Assembly (NCBI GenBank): GCA_031282525.1
Contig: JAITDN010000001.1
Location: forward strand, 37,977 to 101,976
Length of the DNA stretch: 64,000 nucleotides
Origin: Candidatus Endomicrobiellum basalitermitum
Lineage (GTDB): Bacteria > Elusimicrobiota > Endomicrobiia > Endomicrobiales > Endomicrobiaceae
Direction of reading: 5' to 3'
Part shown: positions 61,450 through 64,000 of the stretch, piece after piece
Layout of the letters: each line of letters starts with the position of its first letter
Numbering within the stretch: the first letter of the stretch is position 1
Notes under the pieces: generated by a model
Database searches by the model: none
Seen by the model: the letters and a program-made list of their open reading frames with translations, nothing else
Told to the model about the DNA's origin: nothing
Position numbers and translations under genes: made by a program

Positions 61450-62080
61450 TATATTTAATTTATTTTCTATACAAAACCTGCAATATGACAATAAATCGTT
61501 AATGTAGATCCCGCCAGGATATATTTTAGTAATATTTTCTATAAGTTGTTTCAATAGCATTTGGCATGATAACATTCGCTCTGCTTTGTAAAGCTATTAA
61601 ATGTTTTTCTGGGTTAATAGTTTCCATAACTGTTGCTGTAATATCTGGCAATCATAAGCAAACAGAAAATTGCCATAACTTCAAGCAATAGTTCAAAAAA
61701 AATCTCCCATCACAATTACATCTGTCTACAGGAATAGGCTTTAGATATATAATATTTTTTACGATAATTTTCAATGTTTGTCCTGGAAGTTCTACTCTTT
61801 ATTCAGAAGCCTGTTTCATATCTTAGTTTTTTATATTTTCTGGTCAAGTTTATTGTAAAGAGTTTCTTTGTGATTTTCATCTTGAGCAAGTATCTGTCCA
61901 TGTAGTTTGGCATAGCGATAGACTTCGTATTCTTCAAAAGTTTTCTTATTCATACTTGATGTTAATCGCCAGAGAAGGCCATATCTGGATCTTTGTTACT
62001 TGAAATAATTTTTATCATTTTGTCAAAACGTTGTAGCAAGAATCTTCACCTGATTGTGAAAGATTGTTTCATAACTTTTG
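61450..62080 (-). pseudogene. hydE: [FeFe]-hydrogenase maturase HydE (BioB-like radical SAM) remnant
   Basis: No ORF in track. Minus-strand fragments in HydE order: QSGED (62041-62056), KTFEEY, DRYLL (61884-61900), TLYNKL, LRYETG, LPGQT (61771-61790), FELLLEVMAI, PDITATVMETINP, ANVIMPN (61559-61580), YRKYY, IYPGG (61511-61523). Confidence 0.75.
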
Positions 62081-62169
62081 GTCAGTTTATTTTTTATTTT
62101 TACAAAAAAAGTTAAAATATAAATGAAAATTATTGAAGAGAATTTTTTTAAAAAAGTGAGCGAATATTT

Positions 62170-63201
62170 ATGTCAAACAAACTTATGTTTGTAATGTATC
62201 CGTTTTCTTTGATTTATTTTATTTTATCTAAAGCTGACAGAACTTTTAGAAGTTCAAAAAGACTTTCAAAGCCTGTTATAAGTGTTGGTAATCTCACGTG
62301 GGGCGGGACAGGTAAAACTCCGATTGTGGTGGAAATTTTAAATTTACTGATAAATAATAATTTAAAACCTGCAGTTTTGACGCACGGCTATTACAGGAAT
62401 AATAAAGTCCCTTTGCTTTTAAGCAATGGGGGCACTGGAGTTGATACTTCAAATAGTGGTGACGAGCCCCTTTTAATTGCAAGAAGTGTTCCTAAAACTG
62501 CTGTGATTGTTGGATCTAATAGGTATAGAAGTGCTTTAAGATTTGAAAACGAAGTAAAACCCGATATTTATGTTTTAGATGATGGTTTCCAACATTGGAG
62601 TATTCAAAGAGATTTAGATGTTGTATGTATAAATGCGGCGAATCCTTTTGGCAATGGAATGCTTATACCTGCTGGAATTTTAAGAGAAAATCCAAAGGCT
62701 TTAAAAAGAGCTGATATTGTGGTTATTACAAATTCAGATATGATTTCTGATGAAAAACTAAAAAAATTGAAAGAGTCAGTTTTTATTTTATCAGGGCAAG
62801 AGCCTATTGTGACATATTATGGTAATTTTAAGTATAAAACTATTGATTTAAATACAAATTTTGACACTGAACTTTTAAAAAAATCTAGTGTGTATTCTTT
62901 GAGTGCAATAGGTTTTGCGAAAGGTTTTAAGAATTCTATTGAAAAGTCGGGGATAATATTAAGGGGTGATATAGTACTGAGAGATCATATTAATTACAAC
63001 GATAATATGATAAAAAGAATAATTAACCGAAAGGAAAAGAATTCTTTTTTTATTATTACGGCAAAAGATGCAGTTAAGTTGAAAGATATTATTAGCCGTG
63101 AAATAAAAGAAAAAATTGTGGTGCTTGTTGTGGAACCGCAATTTAAGACTGGAAGGTGGCAATGGGAAGAGAGAGTATTAAAGCCCCTGCGGTTTTTTTA
63201 G
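62170..63201 (+). CDS. lpxK: tetraacyldisaccharide 4'-kinase
   Basis: VISVGNLTWGGTGKTP, GDEPLL, LDDGFQH, PAGILRE, TAKDAVK. Confidence 0.93.
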   Translation: MSNKLMFVMYPFSLIYFILSKADRTFRSSKRLSKPVISVGNLTWGGTGKTPIVVEILNLLINNNLKPAVLTHGYYRNNKVPLLLSNGGTGVDTSNSGDEPLLIARSVPKTAVIVGSNRYRSALRFENEVKPDIYVLDDGFQHWSIQRDLDVVCINAANPFGNGMLIPAGILRENPKALKRADIVVITNSDMISDEKLKKLKESVFILSGQEPIVTYYGNFKYKTIDLNTNFDTELLKKSSVYSLSAIGFAKGFKNSIEKSGIILRGDIVLRDHINYNDNMIKRIINRKEKNSFFIITAKDAVKLKDIISREIKEKIVVLVVEPQFKTGRWQWEERVLKPLRFF

Positions 63202-63758
63202 ATAGGGATGGAACAATTATTTTTGATAGAAATTATTTGAGTTCTCCAAAAAGGGTGAAGCTCTATTCGTTTAGTGCACAAAGTATAAATAGGTTGCGAA
63301 CAGCAGGCTTTAAAATAATAATTGTTACAAATCAATCTGGTATCAGCAAGGGAATGTTTACCGAAGAAGATTTAATAAAAGTAAATGAAAAACTTTTGTC
63401 TTTACTTAAGGCGGAAGGAGCTAAGATAGACTTCATTTACTATTGCCCACACTCTGATTTTGATAATTGTTGTTGTAGAAAACCGAGACCGGGTATGGCA
63501 CTAAGAGGAGTAAAAGATTTTGATATAGATCTAAAGAAATCTTATGCTGTTGGGGATAGCGTGAGGGACTATTTGTTTGGTTTTAATATGGGTGGTAAAG
63601 GTATATTGGTTCTTACGGGGCACGGAAGAAAACAGCAAAGTACTATAACATATGAGAAAATAAAGCCATTTGCTGTTTGTAAAACTTTAAAACAGGCCTC
63701 AGATTTTATAATTAAAGATATCGTCAAAACTACTGTGTTCATAAAAAGTGTTTTTTAA
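63156..63758 (+). CDS. gmhB: D-glycero-D-manno-heptose-1,7-bisphosphate phosphatase (HAD IIIA)
   Basis: FLDRDGTI, VTNQSGI, YYCPH...CCCRKPRPG, VGDS. Confidence 0.88.
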   Translation: MAMGRESIKAPAVFLDRDGTIIFDRNYLSSPKRVKLYSFSAQSINRLRTAGFKIIIVTNQSGISKGMFTEEDLIKVNEKLLSLLKAEGAKIDFIYYCPHSDFDNCCCRKPRPGMALRGVKDFDIDLKKSYAVGDSVRDYLFGFNMGGKGILVLTGHGRKQQSTITYEKIKPFAVCKTLKQASDFIIKDIVKTTVFIKSVF

Positions 63759-64000
63759 TAAATATGTTTTGATTTAATAATCGTCGTGGATATGTATTTG
63801 TATTTTGGTATTTGTGTCAAATAGTCTTAATTATTCGTTTTAAATTCATTTTAGAATTTCTAACTTAAAATTGTTAATTTGCTATTAATGATTTACTTTT
63901 TGAACTTATCGCAGATGTGTGCCTGACATTCATTTTAATTGCCTACTTTATCAGATTGATGGTAAAATTATTTTATAGTGTTTGTAGTTAATATAATAAT

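Noticed and set aside
2756-63162. The many 60-140 aa ORFs antisense to, or nested in, recognised genes
   Set aside because: All overlap well-supported CDSs and show no family motifs.
1-64000. tRNA, rRNA, IS/transposase, prophage or defence genes
   Set aside because: None recognised by eye; a covariance-model scan would be needed to exclude small RNAs.

Overview
AT-rich, gene-dense chromosomal window from a diderm, LPS-producing anaerobe whose genome is eroding. The gene set and decay pattern fit an Endomicrobium-like (Elusimicrobiota) endosymbiont of termite-gut flagellates; this is inferred from content, not from a database match. In order: a minus-strand hexuronate catabolism operon (eda-uxaC-exuT-kdgK-uxuA-uxuB, cut by the window edge), PBP1A, DUF502-hisS, a Re-citrate-synthase-like pseudogene, aspC, rplU-rpmA-obgE, lipoprotein-ftsB, nadA, a split B12-dependent methionine synthase, then a long plus-strand run (hldD-rfaE1-kdsB-kdsA-kdsC-lptCAB-hpf-ptsN-hprK-rapZ-yvcK-mannose-family PTS-ptsH-ptsI-lepA-lepB-nfeD-SPFH-hemW-secA-lnt-prfB-psd-pssA-ndk-pckG-aspS-pgpH pseudogene-ybeY-recO), mnmA, a heavily decayed hydE pseudogene absent from the ORF track, and lpxK-gmhB. 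I saw no rRNA, tRNA, IS element, prophage or CRISPR array. The most unusual signals are (1) an in-frame, roughly 140-codon higher-order tandem-repeat expansion inside the essential HisRS, (2) an RF2 programmed-frameshift cassette with CTT-TAA-T instead of CTT-TGA-C, (3) a frameshift at an (AT)3 run that clips the long-HPF C-terminal domain, and (4) loss of HydE, Re-citrate synthase and the PgpH-type phosphodiesterase. I found no multi-gene novel system that I can support from sequence alone.
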